DNA from: an uncultured Eubacteriales bacterium
GTDB lineage: Bacteria > Bacillota > Clostridia > Christensenellales > Borkfalkiaceae
Length of the DNA stretch: 64,000 bases
Assembly (NCBI GenBank): GCA_902465495.1
Contig: CABQND010000002.1
Coordinates: 11,226-75,225, forward strand
Direction: 5' to 3'
Shown here one piece after another: positions 49,744 through 59,307 of this stretch; within the stretch, counting starts at the first letter, position 1; each line of letters opens with the position of its first letter. The translations under genes and the position numbers were made by a program. The notes under the pieces are model-generated. The model saw only the letters and a list, made by a program, of their open reading frames with translations, ran no database searches and was not told the origin of the DNA.

Positions 49744-49828
49744 TGGTGGGAAGAGGTAGATTCGAACTACCGAAGTCAGTGACGTCAGATTTACAGTCTG
49801 ATCCATTTGGCCGCTCTGGAATCTTCCC
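49744..49828 (-). tRNA. tRNA-Tyr (GTA)
   Basis: 85 nt, long variable arm, anticodon loop CTGTAAA, TTCGAAT, CCA end. Confidence 0.95.
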
Positions 49829-49870
49829 GAAATATTAAATTAACATGAGCATCCGCTCAGTGCTGACGAG

Positions 49871-49946
49871 TGGAGCTGGTGATTGGAATCGAACCCACAA
49901 CCTGCTGATTACAAATCAGCTGCTCTGCCAGTTGAGCTACACCAGC
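49871..49946 (-). tRNA. tRNA-Thr (TGT)
   Basis: GCTGGTG acceptor, anticodon loop TTTGTAA, CCA end. Confidence 0.95.
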
Positions 49947-49951
49947 ATGGT

Positions 49952-50027
49952 TGGTGCCTCGGGGCGGAATCGAACCACCGACACAGGGATTTTCAGTCCC
50001 TTGCTCTACCGACTGAGCTACCGAGGC
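49952..50027 (-). tRNA. tRNA-Phe (GAA)
   Basis: GCCTCGG acceptor, CTGAAAA loop, CCA end. Confidence 0.95.
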
Positions 50028-50087
50028 ATTTTAAAGCCTGCTTGGCAGCCAACATATGCTATCAAACAGGCTTCCCAATAAGGGGAT

Positions 50088-50164
50088 TGGCGACCCGGAA
50101 CGGTCTCGAACCGTCGACCTCCAGCGTGACAGGCTGGCGTTCTAACCAACTGAACTACCGGGCC
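50088..50164 (-). tRNA. tRNA-Asp (GTC)
   Basis: GGCCCGG acceptor, CTGTCAC loop, GCCA end. Confidence 0.95.
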
Positions 50165-50176
50165 GTATAGAAAATA

Positions 50177-50253
50177 TGGTGGGCCTTCACGGACTCGAAC
50201 CGCGGACCAATCGGTTATGAGCCGACCGCTCTAACCAACTGAGCTAAAGGCCC
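50177..50253 (-). tRNA. tRNA with CAT anticodon, most likely tRNA-Ile2 (lysidine)
   Basis: GGGCCTTTAGCTCAGTTGGTTAGAGC...GGCTCATAACC resembles Firmicutes Ile2 rather than Met tRNAs. Confidence 0.85.
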
Positions 50254-50293
50254 CCGTATACGGGTTGCTGCGCTGCATTCACAACGCTTAGTT

Positions 50294-50322
50294 ATTTTAT
50301 AATATCTGCAAAAAAAAGTCAA
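50294..50322 (-). promoter_or_regulatory. SigA promoter of the tRNA operon
   Basis: TTGACT-17bp-TAAAAT on the minus strand. Confidence 0.7.
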
Positions 50323-50349
50323 CTATTTTTTAAAGAGATTACAAAAAAA

Positions 50350-50391
50350 TACGACAGAATTTTTTTCGGCAAAACTGGCGCCTTTTCGTCA
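50350..50391. promoter_or_regulatory. Spo0A boxes upstream of spoIIA
   Basis: TGCCGAA (50365-71) and TGACGAA (50385-91) on the minus strand match TGNCGAA; TGTCGTA (50350-56) has one mismatch. Confidence 0.6.
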
Positions 50392-50495
50392 ATAAAATTG
50401 AAAAAGGGCGTTGCGATTGGTGGTATTTTAAAAGGGCGCTTGGAAATGGCGCAGAGAAAACTCGTCTGCGGCGAGGCAGGGGGTAAGAAAAACGC

Positions 50496-50804
50496 ATGAA
50501 AGTGCAAGGCAATATTTCAAACGGGACCTTATACATATTCTTAAGCGGCGAACTGGATGAATACAATGCTCCGATCGCGCGCAAGGAAGCTGACGAACTG
50601 ATTGAAAAGCACATTTCCTGTGAGCGGGTGATATTCGATCTTTCGGGAGTAAAGTTCATGGATTCGACGGGGATCGGTTTTTTGGTCGGGCGATATAAAA
50701 AGTTGCATCGATGTTCGACGCCGGCATTTATTCAGTCGCCGAATTTTTCTGCGGATAAGATTTTGTCGATGAGCGGTGTATATACGCTGATTCCCAAGCT
50801 GTGA
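50496..50804 (+). CDS. spoIIAA: Anti-sigma F factor antagonist (STAS)
   Basis: LSGELD, FDLSGVKFMDSTGIG; first gene of the spoIIA operon. Confidence 0.93.
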   Translation: MKVQGNISNGTLYIFLSGELDEYNAPIARKEADELIEKHISCERVIFDLSGVKFMDSTGIGFLVGRYKKLHRCSTPAFIQSPNFSADKILSMSGVYTLIPKL

Positions 50805-50814
50805 GGTGAAGAAG

Positions 50815-51273
50815 ATGAATAATTATATGAAACTGGAAATTCCCGCTCTTTCTGAAAATGAACCATTTGCGCGCAGTGCCGTAGCGGCGTTTTGCGTCAG
50901 TCTCAATCCGTCCATGGACGAGCTGTCGGATGTAAAGACGGCGGTAAGCGAAGCCGTTACAAATTGTATTGTACACGCGTATTCGGGCGGAGAAGGTGCT
51001 ATAAAAATTGAATGCGAGATCGAGGACGATACGCTACATATACAAATTTCCGACACGGGCAAGGGGATCGAAGATGTCGCGCAGGCGATTGAGCCTTTCT
51101 TTTCGACTCGTTCGGATGAGGAGCGATCGGGGATGGGATTTACGATCATGCAGACGTTTATGACGTCTTTTTGCGTAACTTCGGAGCCGGGCAAAGGCAC
51201 TTCCGTTCGCATGAGCAAGCGATTCGGCGCGGGTACGGCGAAATCGCAAGGCGGGCTCGCCGATGCTCAGTGA
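50815..51273 (+). CDS. spoIIAB: Anti-sigma F factor
   Basis: SENEPFAR, KTAVSEAVTNCIVHAY, ERSGMGFTIM. Confidence 0.96.
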   Translation: MNNYMKLEIPALSENEPFARSAVAAFCVSLNPSMDELSDVKTAVSEAVTNCIVHAYSGGEGAIKIECEIEDDTLHIQISDTGKGIEDVAQAIEPFFSTRSDEERSGMGFTIMQTFMTSFCVTSEPGKGTSVRMSKRFGAGTAKSQGGLADAQ

Positions 51274-51985
51274 AGAGGAAACGCTGCGCTGTATCCGTGC
51301 GGCAAAGGCGGGTGATGCAGCTGCGAAAGAGACTCTTCTTTCGGGCAATGTATCCCTGTTAAAAAGCATTGTACGGCGCTATTTGGGCAAAGGTGTCGAG
51401 TTTGATGATTTGTTCCAGCTTGCGGGGATCGGGCTGTTAAAGGCTGTCGGCGGCTTTGACGAATCATTCGGGGTGCGGTTTTCTACGTATGCCGTTCCGA
51501 TGATTGCGGGAGAGATCAAGCGCTTTATGCGCGATGACGGATCGGTCAAGGTTTCTCGGGCAATGAAATCAACGGCTAAAGAAATGAATCGCTATATTGA
51601 AGATTTCACGGCGGAGCACGGATTGGCTCCGACGGTTGCAGATATTGCCGCCAAATTCGGTATGGAAGAAAGTGAAGCCGTATTTGTGCTGGGTTCTTCG
51701 CGGATGCCGGTATCCATCTATGAGCAGGGTGAATATCGCGACGAAAAGACGCAGGAACTTGCAGACAAATTGCCGTCGGTGGATAATCAGGACGACATGA
51801 TCGAAAAAATGCAATTGCGTACGGCAATTGAGGAGCTGCCGGAACGGGAGCGCAAGATCATTATGCTTCGCTATTTTCGAGACATGACGCAGAGCGAAGT
51901 CGCCGAAGTGATCGGTGTATCGCAAGTGCAGATCTCTCGCATTGAAAGCCGTGTGGTGGCGGAAATGAAACGTCGTTTAGGTTGA
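51263..51985 (+). CDS. sigF: Sporulation sigma factor F
   Basis: DDLFQ.G.IGL.KA, FSTYAVPMIAGEIKRFMRDDG, TQSEVA..IGVSQVQISR; operon context. Confidence 0.93.
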   Translation: MLSEEETLRCIRAAKAGDAAAKETLLSGNVSLLKSIVRRYLGKGVEFDDLFQLAGIGLLKAVGGFDESFGVRFSTYAVPMIAGEIKRFMRDDGSVKVSRAMKSTAKEMNRYIEDFTAEHGLAPTVADIAAKFGMEESEAVFVLGSSRMPVSIYEQGEYRDEKTQELADKLPSVDNQDDMIEKMQLRTAIEELPERERKIIMLRYFRDMTQSEVAEVIGVSQVQISRIESRVVAEMKRRLG

Positions 51986-51991
51986 ATAGAA

Positions 51992-52026
51992 AAGCGCCCT
52001 GCGCCGAATTTTCGGCGCAGGGCGTT
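51992..52026. terminator. Terminator between convergent genes
   Basis: agcgccctgcgccgaa-tt-ttcggcgcagggcgtt. Confidence 0.8.
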
Positions 52027-52067
52027 GTTCTTCTTTTAGCAAAGATTTATTTTGGAGATAAGCGTAT

Positions 52068-52802
52068 CTATTCATTTTCGGGTAGTTCATCGAATCGGAT
52101 TTCGTTAAAAGCAAAGACCGTATATGTTTGCCCTCGCACTCCCGATTTGGCTAAATATCCGCATCCTTCGATACAGAGGCAGATATCGGGCGGGGAATCA
52201 TCGCCTTGCAGTGAAACGTCGGTGCTTTGCGATTCATATAGAAACAAATATTGCTCCTCGGTAAGCTCGAAAACAAAGTTGAGGATCAAAAGATCATCGT
52301 TTTTTCCGGCGCGGTATTGATTTGTGCTTTCGGCATCGGAAGCGTTTTCAGAGCTTTCATCGGACTGTGAACGATGATTGCTGAGGACAGAAGTAATTTC
52401 GGGGTTGAAAGTGAATTTTTCGTATTTATCCGGCAAAAAGTCTTCTTCCCGATATTTTTGCAATACGCCGTAAGATTCTTTACCGTAATCGTTCAGAAAA
52501 CTTTCCGAAGTTGCCACGGCGGATGCGATCAGATAATATCCGTCGTATTTTTTGCCGTCTGCCGTTATGGATTTTTGGGCAGAAATATCTGTGAAAATGA
52601 TGTTGCCGTAACTGTTATAAAAGGTTTCGCCGATTTTTTGTATGAGAAAACTTTTCTGTGGCGCAAATTCCGGTTCGTCCGATGCATTGTCAGTTTCCAT
52701 GGGCAGGATGGTTACATACAAAGTGATTATGGAAGCGATTGCAACGATAGCGGCTACAATAATAGAAATTATTTTTTTACGGTCAAGAGGGAAGGATTTC
52801 AT
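52068..52802 (-). CDS. Hypothetical membrane-anchored protein
   Basis: AAGGAG RBS, MKSFPLDRKK followed by a TM helix; start overlaps the upstream stop. Confidence 0.7.
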   Translation of the reverse strand: MKSFPLDRKKIISIIVAAIVAIASIITLYVTILPMETDNASDEPEFAPQKSFLIQKIGETFYNSYGNIIFTDISAQKSITADGKKYDGYYLIASAVATSESFLNDYGKESYGVLQKYREEDFLPDKYEKFTFNPEITSVLSNHRSQSDESSENASDAESTNQYRAGKNDDLLILNFVFELTEEQYLFLYESQSTDVSLQGDDSPPDICLCIEGCGYLAKSGVRGQTYTVFAFNEIRFDELPENE

Positions 52803-53197
52803 AAACACGTCTCCTTTTCTTTTTCGCAGTCCGCAAGGAAGACGGCGCTTTTGTCGGGCTTGATCTCCCGAAAGTCGGTTGTTTTGTATACCAATAGGGG
52901 GATGCAGGCGATAAAAATAACGGCGCAGGTAATCAAAATCAAAGCGGCATACCAAAGAAAGCCCGAAAGATGGCGGCGCGGGTTAATATGGGTGCGGCAA
53001 TGTGCTATTATTTTGTGCATCAGCTTTTTATGGAACTTGCGCTCGTTGTACGAATACTTAGCGGCATCGAGCAAGGATAGCTCGGCAATTTTTGCCGCAG
53101 ACTCGCTTTCGCCCAAAAGGGCGAAAGCGAGGTTATACGCTTCGGCATAGTAAATGTCTTTCAAGCGCTCAAAATCCGCGCCGATAAAGTCTTTCAT
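52799..53197 (-). CDS. Hypothetical protein: ECF-sigma region-2-like N-terminus plus a TM helix
   Basis: FERLKDIYYAEAYNLAFALLGESESAAKIAE pattern; hydrophobic segment WYAALILITCAVIFIACIPLLV; GGAGG RBS. Confidence 0.55.
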   Translation of the reverse strand: MKDFIGADFERLKDIYYAEAYNLAFALLGESESAAKIAELSLLDAAKYSYNERKFHKKLMHKIIAHCRTHINPRRHLSGFLWYAALILITCAVIFIACIPLLVYKTTDFREIKPDKSAVFLADCEKEKETCL

Positions 53198-53218
53198 TTA
53201 TATTCCTCCCGAGCGAAA

Positions 53219-53713
53219 TCAGCCTTGATTCCATGAATAATAGCGTTTGAGTGTATTCGGATTTTGTTCAATGTCGTAGTAAGTAGGAGAACTGCTCCGA
53301 CCATTGGCAATTTCCAGTATAAAAATTTCGTCGACGGTTTGGAATATCCACCAGCCGGAAGTATGGGTATAATAGTGATAATCGATGAGCGCCACGCCGT
53401 GGTCTATGTAAGTAGGGTCGTTGTTTAAGCTGAGGTATGCGGCTTTCCCGTTTTTGATGGACATTAGGGCGTTTACTTCATCATATGTGTAATACATGAA
53501 TACATTGGCGCCGGGATCGTAATAATCAGCCGTAAGTTCCATTACGGTCGGTACATTTTCCGCGAGAAATCCTATGTTCGGTTTATAAGTATTGTCTCCA
53601 AAAATAGTTGTTGAAATGGCATAACTGCGAAGTTTATCATAGACTGCGGGCATGGCACGCAGATTTCCTGTTGCTACATACCAAGGTCCATGATTACTAT
53701 AGTTATTTTCCAC
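53219..53713 (-). CDS. Hypothetical protein, possibly the C-terminal half of a papain-like (C39/C10-type) peptidase
   Basis: DHGVALIDY...EIANGR pattern, no Cys in the ORF; TTGACG-17bp-TATAAT promoter at 53759-53731. Confidence 0.45.
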   Translation of the reverse strand: MENNYSNHGPWYVATGNLRAMPAVYDKLRSYAISTTIFGDNTYKPNIGFLAENVPTVMELTADYYDPGANVFMYYTYDEVNALMSIKNGKAAYLSLNNDPTYIDHGVALIDYHYYTHTSGWWIFQTVDEIFILEIANGRSSSPTYYDIEQNPNTLKRYYSWNQG

Positions 53714-53818
53714 ATTCTTTCTTCTTCTGCATTATACTACCAAAATGCGGATCCGTCAATATACAAGGAAAAAAACACGCTTTTGGTGAGTCTTGCATGA
53801 AAGAAGCGACAAAATTCG

Positions 53819-53847
53819 GCATAATTAGCCATGCCTGTGCATAGGAT
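53819..53847 (+). promoter_or_regulatory. SigE-type promoter for yunB
   Basis: GCATAAT-14bp-CATAGGAT fits the SigE consensus. Confidence 0.6.
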
Positions 53848-53855
53848 AGGGTACT

Positions 53856-54530
53856 ATGGCACAATATGCATACGAGGGAACGTACCGCTACAAACGGTAC
53901 AGAAAATCCCGTGGGAAGAAAAAGTATATCGTGATTGCCCTCATCTTGACGGTGATTGTTATCATGGTGATTTATTTTCAGCGCAATGTGTCCGACATTC
54001 TTGTGACACTCAGTGAAACGCAGGCGCGTGCGATTGCGGCGGAGTCGGTCAATGACGCAGTGGCGACGACCTTGCGCTGGAACGGAATCGATTATGATGA
54101 ACTCGTACATATTACGCGGGACGGAGAGGGGAACGTTTTGAGCATTGAGGCAGACGCACAGAACGTGAACCTTTTGGCGCGGCAGACGGTGACTCTGTCA
54201 ATGACGAACCTGAACGCTGCCTGTGAAGAGGGTATTCCCGTGCCTATAGGCGCTTTTACGGGGATTGAGGTGTTGGCGGGGTTTGGTCCGGACGTGACGT
54301 TTCAGATCATACCGGTTGGCATGGTGACGGCAGAGTTTGAATCTTCGTTTGAAACTGCGGGGCTGAATCAGACGGTACATTCCATTTATTTAAATGTGAC
54401 GGCGACGGTGAGCATCGTGTTGCCGTCAAAAAGCCGTGAGGTTCAGGTTTCGACCGACGTGCTTGTCTGCGAGAGTGTCATTGTGGGGAAAGTCCCCGAC
54501 GCATATCTGCACGGAAATATTTTCTCCTGA
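53856..54530 (+). CDS. yunB: Sporulation protein YunB
   Basis: N-terminal TM, VPIG..TG..LAGFGP, FETAGLNQTVH.IYL, IVGKVPDAY. Confidence 0.92.
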   Translation: MAQYAYEGTYRYKRYRKSRGKKKYIVIALILTVIVIMVIYFQRNVSDILVTLSETQARAIAAESVNDAVATTLRWNGIDYDELVHITRDGEGNVLSIEADAQNVNLLARQTVTLSMTNLNAACEEGIPVPIGAFTGIEVLAGFGPDVTFQIIPVGMVTAEFESSFETAGLNQTVHSIYLNVTATVSIVLPSKSREVQVSTDVLVCESVIVGKVPDAYLHGNIFS

Positions 54531-54623
54531 TAAAAGGGGCACAGCGGCGCAGGAAAGCAAAAAAATTCATACAAATGGGGCAAAATCGTTGACATTTTTA
54601 AGCATATGCATTATTATGAAGGA

Positions 54624-54868
54624 AAGGCGATGACGAAGACAGACGGATGCAACGCCGTTCCAAGAGAGGGAGACCCGCCGGCTGAAAAGTTTCCCGATCG
54701 GTGCGTCCGGTATTCACTTCAGAGCTTTCGCTGTGAACCCGAAAGGCAGTAGCGGCGGGCGTGATCCGCGCGTTAAGCGGGCAATGAGGCGGAAAGTATT
54801 CCGCGAACATAGGTGGTACAGCGCAAGGAACGCGCCCTGTGAGAAGCACAGGGCGCGCTTTTATTTTT
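54624..54868 (+). promoter_or_regulatory. T-box riboswitch (Phe)
   Basis: GCGATGA, AGAGAG, GCTGAAA, specifier TTC at 54713, AGTAG, CGTTA, AGGTGGTACAGCG at 54811, terminator cgcgccctgtg/cacagggcgcg plus T tract. Confidence 0.92.
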
Positions 54869-54892
54869 CGTAAATTTTTACGGGAGGAAGGT

Positions 54893-55927
54893 ATGAAAGA
54901 ACAGATCGAGAGCATTCGCAAAGAGCTGGACGAGCTTGCCGCAAAAGATATGGCAGGCGCCGCGACCAGCCGCGAACTGTACGAACTTAAAATGGAATAT
55001 TTGGGCAAGACGGGAAAGATCTCGGCGCTTTCCAAAGGAATGCGCGACGTTTCGGCGGAAGAGCGTCCGGAGATGGGAAAATTGGTCGGGCAGTTGCGCG
55101 CCCGCGCGGAAGAGCTGTTTGACGCCTGCGAAAAAATTTTGAAAAAGCGCGAACTTTCTCAAAAGATCGCGAGCGAGAAGATCGATGTGACCATGCCCGC
55201 GCGCTTTGCGCAGACGGGTTCGGTACATCCCGTTTCACTTGTGAAACAGGAGCTTATTGATATTTTCGCGGGTATGGGTTTCGACGTGTTTGAAGGGCCC
55301 GAGATCGAGCGCGACTATTATAATTTTCAGGCGCTCAACATTCCCGCCGATCACCCTGCAAGAGATATGCAGGACACGTTTTTCATCACGGGCGAATATC
55401 TTTTGCGCTCGCAGACTTCGTCGGGGCAGATCCGCGTGATGGAGCAGAAAAAGCCGCCGATCAAGGTGCTCAGTCCGGGCAGGGTGTACCGTTCGGATTC
55501 GGATGCGACGCATTCGCCCATGTTCCATCAGATGGAAGGGTTGGTGGTCGACAAGGGTATCACGCTCAACGACTTGAAGGGCATGCTGGACGAATTTGCG
55601 CGCCGTATGTTTACTTCGGAGACAAAAACGCGCCTTCGTCCCTCGTATTTCCCTTTTACGGAACCGAGCGTGGAGGTGGATCTTTCCTGTTCGGCGTGCG
55701 GGGGCAAGGGCTGCCGCATCTGCAAGGGTACAGGCTGGATCGAAGTGCTGGGCGCAGGGGTTGTGAACCGCCGCGTACTGGAAAACTGCGGCATTGATCC
55801 GGACGAATATACGGGTTTTGCGTTTGGCATGGGGCTGGAACGCATTGCGATGATCAAATACGGCATCGGGGACATCCGTCTGCTGTTCGAGAACGACGTA
55901 CGCTTCTTGAAGCAGTTCAAGGGCTAA
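54893..55927 (+). CDS. pheS: Phenylalanine--tRNA ligase alpha subunit
   Basis: [44 protein letters not shown]. Confidence 0.98.
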   Translation: MKEQIESIRKELDELAAKDMAGAATSRELYELKMEYLGKTGKISALSKGMRDVSAEERPEMGKLVGQLRARAEELFDACEKILKKRELSQKIASEKIDVTMPARFAQTGSVHPVSLVKQELIDIFAGMGFDVFEGPEIERDYYNFQALNIPADHPARDMQDTFFITGEYLLRSQTSSGQIRVMEQKKPPIKVLSPGRVYRSDSDATHSPMFHQMEGLVVDKGITLNDLKGMLDEFARRMFTSETKTRLRPSYFPFTEPSVEVDLSCSACGGKGCRICKGTGWIEVLGAGVVNRRVLENCGIDPDEYTGFAFGMGLERIAMIKYGIGDIRLLFENDVRFLKQFKG

Positions 55928-55938
55928 GGAGGAGAAAA

Positions 55939-58326
55939 ATGAAAGCACCTCTCAGTTGGCTGAAAGATTATGTAGATATCGACGTGACTGCGCAGGAACT
56001 GACCGAAAAGCTTTTTTCGTGCGGTCTGGAAGTGGAAGAGCTCATCTATGTGGGCGCGGAGATCGATCGCTGTGTCGTGGGAAAGATCGAGCATATCGAA
56101 AAGCATCCCGACGCAGACAAACTTAAAATCTGCAAACTTAATTGCGGCGGGTTTGGCAGCGATATTCAGATCGTGACGGGCGCGGATAACGTCAAGGAAG
56201 GGGATCTTGTTCCCGTTGCGCTGGACGGATCATCCCTGCATAACGGTGTCAAGATCAAAAAAGGAAAATTGCGCGGCGTGGAATCCTGCGGAATGCTCTG
56301 TTCGGGCGAAGAGCTTGGTATCAATGACGATTGGTACGAAGGCGCCGAAGTAAACGGTATCCTCATTCTGCACGATGATGTGCCGCTCGGCACGGATATC
56401 AAAAAGGTTGTCGGTCTGGACGATTATATTTTTGATATTGCCGTTACGGCGAATCGTCCCGACTGCCAGAGCATTTACGGATTGGCGCGCGAAGTTGCGG
56501 CGGTGCTCGGAAAAACGCTCGCGCCGCTGGACCTTGGATACAAGACGGGAGAATTTGGCACTTGTGACCGTGTCAGTGTGACCGTGGAAGCGTCCGATCT
56601 GTGCCCGCGCTACATCGCGCATTATGTGCGCGATTTAAAGATCGAAAAATCGCCGCAGTGGCTGCGCCGCCGCCTGGCGCTTAGCGGGCTGCGTTCCATC
56701 AATAATGTGGTCGATATCACCAATTTTGTTTTGTTGGAGCTTGGTCAGCCCATGCACGCGTTCGATCTCGCACACGTAGAAGGGAGCAAAATTTGCGTAC
56801 GCCGCGCCAAAGACGGCGAAAAGATCACGACTCTGGACGAAAAAGAATTTACGCTCACGGGTGAGAACCTTGTCATAGCGGACGGCGAAAAGCCGGTCGC
56901 ATTGGCGGGCGTCATGGGCGGACTCAACAGCGGCATTTCCGAAGACACGAAGGAAGTTCTCTTTGAAAGTGCAAAATTTGAACGTGCGAACATTCGCAGA
57001 ACGTCGCGCAAACTGGGGCAGAAGAGCGATTCTTCGGCGCGTTTTGAAAAGGGCGTGGACGCCTATACGACGGGGATTGCAATCAACCGTGCGCTCGATC
57101 TGATTGAGGAGCTCGGTTGCGGAAAGATTGCAAAGGACCGTTTTGATATCGGCATGACTAAAATCGAGCCCAAGACGGTCAAGACGAGTGTGTCGCAGAT
57201 CAATGCGATCCTCGGCATAGAAGTTCCGAAGGCGGAAATTTGTGATATATTAAAGCGCCTGAATTTCAGCGTTACGGCGAAAGGGGATGTGCTGACCGTC
57301 ACGGTGCCCGCGTACCGCGAGGACGTCGACGGGTATCCCGATATTGCGGAGGAAGTTATCCGCATGTACGGTTACGATCACATTGAAGGAACGTTTCTGA
57401 AAAGTGCGGCAGTCACGAACGGCGGACTTTCCGCAGAGCAGCGTTTGGAAGAGCGTGCCAAAGCGGCATTGCGCGGACAGGGGTATTGCGAGATCATCAC
57501 TTATTCCTTTATTTCCCCCAAAGACTATGAGCTTATTCGTATGGAAGACGCACTTGCGGGGGCGATCCGAATCCGGAACCCGATCGGCGAAGATATGAGC
57601 GTCATGCGCACGACGCTTGCGCCGTCCATGCTTTCCACGCTTGTGCGCAATGTGCGCAGAGGCAATGAATCGGCGCGTCTGTTTGAGCTTGCGCGCATCT
57701 ATCTTGCAAAGGAGCAGCCGCTTTCGGAAGAACCCGAAGAGCGGAAAACGATAGCCGTCGGTGTATATGGTGCGGGCGAAGACTTCTTCTCGGCAAAGGG
57801 TGCGTTTGAGGCGGTCGCCGACGAATTCGGGTTGCATTTTACCTACGTGCCCGCACAGAAGCCCTTCCTGCATCCCGGAAAGACGGCGGAAGTGATGCTT
57901 GGGAGTGTTTGCGTTGGGTATTTGGGCGAACTTGCCCCCGATATTGCCGAAGAGCTTTCCGTCGAAACGGCGCTTTATTTGGGCGAACTTGATTATGCTG
58001 CCATCGAAAAATGCGCGGGCGGCGCTTTGAAATATCAGCCGCTCCCGAAGTTTGCGGAAGTGCGGCGCGATCTTGCGCTCGTAGCAAGCGAGGAAGTTAC
58101 CTGTGCGCAAGCGGAACAGGTGATCCGCGAGAGCTGCAAATATGTGACGCGGGTGCATTTGTTTGATGTTTATCGCAGTGCGCAGGTGGGTGAAGGCAAA
58201 AAGAGCATGGCGTTTTCGCTGACGTTCACGCCGCACGAAAAGGCGATCGCGCCCGAGGATGCGGACGGTTACATTCGTCGCATTGTCAAGTCGCTCGGTG
58301 AAAAGCTGGGAATGGAGCTTCGCTGA
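55939..58326 (+). CDS. pheT: Phenylalanine--tRNA ligase beta subunit
   Basis: HPDADKL, RGVESCGMLCS, NRPDC, GQPMHAFD, FDVYR..GEGKKSMAF. Confidence 0.98.
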   Translation: MKAPLSWLKDYVDIDVTAQELTEKLFSCGLEVEELIYVGAEIDRCVVGKIEHIEKHPDADKLKICKLNCGGFGSDIQIVTGADNVKEGDLVPVALDGSSLHNGVKIKKGKLRGVESCGMLCSGEELGINDDWYEGAEVNGILILHDDVPLGTDIKKVVGLDDYIFDIAVTANRPDCQSIYGLAREVAAVLGKTLAPLDLGYKTGEFGTCDRVSVTVEASDLCPRYIAHYVRDLKIEKSPQWLRRRLALSGLRSINNVVDITNFVLLELGQPMHAFDLAHVEGSKICVRRAKDGEKITTLDEKEFTLTGENLVIADGEKPVALAGVMGGLNSGISEDTKEVLFESAKFERANIRRTSRKLGQKSDSSARFEKGVDAYTTGIAINRALDLIEELGCGKIAKDRFDIGMTKIEPKTVKTSVSQINAILGIEVPKAEICDILKRLNFSVTAKGDVLTVTVPAYREDVDGYPDIAEEVIRMYGYDHIEGTFLKSAAVTNGGLSAEQRLEERAKAALRGQGYCEIITYSFISPKDYELIRMEDALAGAIRIRNPIGEDMSVMRTTLAPSMLSTLVRNVRRGNESARLFELARIYLAKEQPLSEEPEERKTIAVGVYGAGEDFFSAKGAFEAVADEFGLHFTYVPAQKPFLHPGKTAEVMLGSVCVGYLGELAPDIAEELSVETALYLGELDYAAIEKCAGGALKYQPLPKFAEVRRDLALVASEEVTCAQAEQVIRESCKYVTRVHLFDVYRSAQVGEGKKSMAFSLTFTPHEKAIAPEDADGYIRRIVKSLGEKLGMELR

Positions 58327-58357
58327 AGCTTGATCAAAGGTATATAATGAATACGTT

Positions 58358-58403
58358 ACAGCGGCGGGTCTGCAATGTGCAGATCCGCCGCTGTTTATTT
58401 TTT
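58358..58403 (+). terminator. Terminator after pheT
   Basis: acagcggcgggtctgca-atg-tgcagatccgccgctgt plus T tract. Confidence 0.85.
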
Positions 58404-58504
58404 GATTCGTCCAAATTCGCGAAAATTCGCTGAAAAATGCGGAAATTTTTGTGCGTGCGGCTGTTATACTATGCTGTGAAAAAATATGCATTGGAGAGGA
58501 AGAC

Positions 58505-59281
58505 GTGGCACGCAAGATTGTAATTACGTCGGGAAAGGGCGGCGTCGGAAAAACGACGATCGCTGTCAATCTGGGAATGCGGCTTTCCGCAATGGGGGAG
58601 CGGGTCATTCTGGCGGATACTGATTTCGGGCTAAACAATATCGACGTCGTGTGCGGCGTGGAAAACCGCATTTCGTACGACATTGTGGATGCGATCGAGG
58701 GGCGGTGTCGTCCAAAGCAGGCGCTTGTTCAGCATCCGGAGTATCCGAATCTGTTTGTCCTTGCATCCAACCACACGGATCCCGGGAAATACATATCGCC
58801 GCAGGCTGTGAGGCTGATTTTGGATGGGCTTGCTTCGCGCTTCGATTATATTTTGATCGACTCACCGGCGGGTATTGAAGCGGGTTTTCATCGCGCGGCG
58901 GCTTCTGCGGAGGAGGCGCTTATTGTGACGACGCCGCACATCTCTGCGCTGCGCGATGCGGACAAGGTTATTTCCGTGCTTAAAAGTTATCGGCTGAAAA
59001 GCATCGATCTTGTGATCAACATGGTGCGTGGCGATATGATCGTAGACGGAGAGATTCTTTCGCCCGGAGAGATTTCGGATATTTTAAAACTTCCTCTGAT
59101 CGGAATCATTCCGCAGGAAGACGGCGTCTTTTTAGGCGAACGCGGCCGATCGGGGGCGCAAAAGGCTTTCAAATATTTGGCAGATAACATTGTAAAAGGC
59201 ACGCGTAAGATATATAATGCTACTTATAAATATAACGGATTTTTTGGGAGCATTCGCCGATCTTTGAAAAAAAGTTTGTAA
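58505..59281 (+). CDS. minD: Septum site-determining ATPase MinD
   Basis: TSGKGGVGKTT, DSPAGIEAGF, RDADK, C-terminal amphipathic GFFGSIRRSL. Confidence 0.93.
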   Translation: MARKIVITSGKGGVGKTTIAVNLGMRLSAMGERVILADTDFGLNNIDVVCGVENRISYDIVDAIEGRCRPKQALVQHPEYPNLFVLASNHTDPGKYISPQAVRLILDGLASRFDYILIDSPAGIEAGFHRAAASAEEALIVTTPHISALRDADKVISVLKSYRLKSIDLVINMVRGDMIVDGEILSPGEISDILKLPLIGIIPQEDGVFLGERGRSGAQKAFKYLADNIVKGTRKIYNATYKYNGFFGSIRRSLKKSL

Positions 59282-59307
59282 ACTTTTTTAAGTTATGGCT
59301 TCAATTT

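Noticed and set aside
49845..50170. Plus-strand ORFs over the tRNA cluster
   Set aside because: Antisense translations of tRNA genes.
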